A stretch of DNA of 64,000 bases. Source: Macrostomum hystrix. Taxonomy: Eukaryota > Animalia > Platyhelminthes. The stretch spans positions 62,001 to 126,000 of the forward strand of contig CATNEN010000039.1 in the NCBI GenBank assembly GCA_950097015.1, in the 5' to 3' direction. Below the pieces are notes generated by a model. It was not told the origin of the DNA. It did not search any database and worked only from the letters and a program-made list of their open reading frames with translations. Of this stretch, positions 61,573 through 64,000 are shown piece after piece; positions within the stretch are counted from its first letter, which is position 1; each line of letters begins with the position of its first letter. Position numbers and translations under genes: made by a program.

Positions 61573-63480
61573 TCACTCCCCCTTGAAAAGCAGAAGGGAA
61601 TTAATGCTTGGGGAAATACAACAGTCCGTTAGTGCGCAAAGTCAGAAGTTCATGATCAGTTTAAATGCAAAATTAGTATATAGAAGTCACAAATCAACTC
61701 GGGCTGAATCGAATCGGCCGTCTCCGGATCCGGTCGCCTCATCTCGGCGGTGGCAGCGGCGTCTCGTTGGCCGGCGGCCAATTTGTTGGCTTGGACATTT
61801 CGCTTCGTACCCTCTGCAGATGTCGCTTTCGGAGTCTGCTGGCGGATGCCCTGGCTTCACTGGTTGAGCCGCTCTCGCAGCGGTCTTGGCGAAGTCGGGG
61901 ATGACCTTGGCGAAGTTGTTGACGGTTGCCAGGAACGAAGAAACGCCTCGTGCAGTTGTCGGTGCTGGGATGCTAAGAACGTCCTCGACGTTGGACTTGG
62001 ACGGTCCACGACCGCTCCGGGACACCGACCTCGCACTTCTCCCTGTTCATCGTCAGCCCGTTGTCGCTCACGCGCTTGAGTACCACTGGAAGCCGCTTGT
62101 CGTGCTCATCAGAGTTGATGCCGTTAATGATGATGTCGTCCACCAAGTGTCGGACTCCATTGATGTCAGCCAGAATGGTTGACAGGATCTTCTGGAAGCA
62201 GGCACCGGAGCTGGACATGCCGAATGGGACTTTAGTGAACTGGTAGAGCCCACAGTGGGTAATTAACACAGTCATCTGCCTGCTGCCAGGGTGCAACGGA
62301 ATCTGGAGGTAGCTTTGCTTCAGGTCCAGCTTAGTAGGCGCCTGGGCGCCAGCGAACGCGGCAGCCAGCTCCTCCTGCGTTGGCACGGGGAACTTGTCTG
62401 GGTTGATGGCCTTGTTGCAGTTTCGCAGGTCGAAGCAGAGTCGCAAGTCATCGTCCTTTTTCTTGGAGATGACCAAGTTAGATACCTAAGGAGATGCGTC
62501 TATCTTCTCGTCCTTCACGCGGTCCTGCAGCGCCAGCGGCGCAGCGGCTCGACAGTTGGTTCGCATCCTGGCGCAGCTGCGGTCTGCGGCAGAACTTCTT
62601 GGCCCTGCCGATGCCGTCAAAGATGCCTGGGAACTCGGCGATGTCCTCGACGCTGCTGATCGCGTTGACGCGGATTGAGAATCCCAGCTTGTCCATGCCG
62701 TCGATACTGAGAATGTTGGCATCTCGCCGCGGGATGAAGAATCGGCAGACCGCTGACTTGCCATGGTGCACGACGCGCAGATCGGCCGTCCCCAGAACCT
62801 CGATTGCAGTTCCGGTGTAGGGGCGTGATGACGAGTTGCTTCAAAAGGCGCTTCACGGTCTTCTCGTTGATGATGTTGACTCTCGATCCGGTTTCCAACT
62901 GGAGCTTGACGTCGATGTCGGCGATGCTGCAGTCTATGAAGTTGAGAATTGACGCTTCGCCCTTAACTGCAGACACCTCGAATGGCTCGTCGTCGTCGTC
63001 CTTGACGGTGCGCACCTTGCGTCGCTGTCGTCAACAGAACTTAAAGTGACCCACCTGATGGCAGTGCAGGCAGGTCTTGTCCTTCGCTGGACATTTAGGA
63101 GCGCGGGTGGCGTGCCCATTCCGCAGTAGCCGCATCGTGCGTCCGAGCTGGACTTCTGCGGTGTCGCGTGCTTGGGTCTCTTGCGTGGAGGACACTGGCT
63201 GACCTTCTGGATGCGGGACTTCAGCTCGATTGCGGATTCTACTTGAATCGCCAAGGACACGGTTGTCTCCAACTCGAGCACCTTCTCCATGAGCAGGCGT
63301 TCTCGGATGCGCTGCGAATTGGTCTTCTCGATGATCTGGTCCCTGGTCATCTGGTCTCGAAGACCGCCGTATTCGCAATCTGCTGCGAGTTCTCGAAGGG
63401 CGTCAACGAACTGGCTGATCAGCTCGCCAGGCATCTGGGCTCGTGACTTGAATTTGTAGCGGTTGCTGATGGTGCTGTGG
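61573..63480 (-). mobile_element. Decayed Ty3/Gypsy element (gag, zinc knuckle, protease, RT; RNase H and integrase deleted)
   Basis: QMPGE..LRELAADCEYG..RDQII; CLHCHQVGHFKFC; LETGSRVNII; LRLCFDLR..LDLKQSYLQI..PFGMSS..LVDDIII. Confidence 0.88.
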
Positions 63481-64000
63481 GACTGGCCAAAGATGGCTTT
63501 CAGCTGCCATCTTCAGCTGACTCTCTTCAAGTTTCTGCGCAAGGCATTTGTCACTTTAGAGAGTTTAGTTGCTAAAAAAACTGGCGTTGCCCGTCGACGA
63601 GGTCCATCCGGCTCTACAACGAGCGCAAGTGACTCGCCGGCTTCGGACGTCGGTGGACCCAGGCATTTTTACAGCAAGAAAGGGGCGCCAATCTTCTTGC
63701 ATCAATCGGGAAGGAATGAAGTGGCCTATCATTATAGGAGAGGAATGAGCATGGAAAGAGGGAATGTCACTGGAGGAGAGTAATGACCAGGGGAGGAGGC
63801 TAGATTAGTAAAGTGTAAAGTGTAGGAATGAGTTCGGGAGGAGGGAGTGGAATAGAATGAAATTCCATGAGAGGAGAGAGATTAAATGTACTTGCAGCGA
63901 GTGAACTGGATTGGACGAAACGAATAAAAGACAAGAGAACCAGGGAGTTGAATTTTTAATTTACGGTGACACCACGTAAATTTACATAGATTTACGGTCG

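Noticed and set aside
53135-63480. The two Gypsy relics as halves of one element
   Set aside because: Domains are complementary, but strands are opposite and the sequences after each PPT differ.

Overview
Repeat-rich eukaryotic (animal) DNA with no prokaryotic features. The AEPLYLQSHYICRAIIF-encoding 17-bp satellite is one I associate with the flatworm Macrostomum, but that assignment is unverified. 1-7.5 kb is a 16-bp satellite with a 4342-bp higher-order period, fused in frame to a LOA/R1-type LINE RT. 9-42 kb is a patchwork of reused modules joined by microhomologies and short templated inserts. It contains an I/Ingi-type LINE with RNase H, an hAT MITE and a 4-unit non-autonomous Helitron array (empty paralogous sites for both are in the window), a mariner 3' end, several minisatellites, three copies of a spliced OB-fold (RPA1-like) gene 5' end, and compact orphan ORFs. 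43-44 kb is a Penelope-like GIY-YIG ORF with an apparently displaced linker. 44.3-50.3 kb is the most interesting block: a CtIP/Sae2 C-terminal-domain gene with tandem TQ/SP repeats and no CDK TP site, next to a coiled-coil+BEN ORF. The block ends in subterminal repeats and a CMC/EnSpm-like terminus that cuts into a LOA endonuclease. 50-64 kb holds the LOA 5' half, two Gypsy relics, an RTE relic, a probable piggyBac relic and the only clear host gene, an intronless TTLL7-like tubulin polyglutamylase. All protein assignments are by motif recognition; no database search was run.
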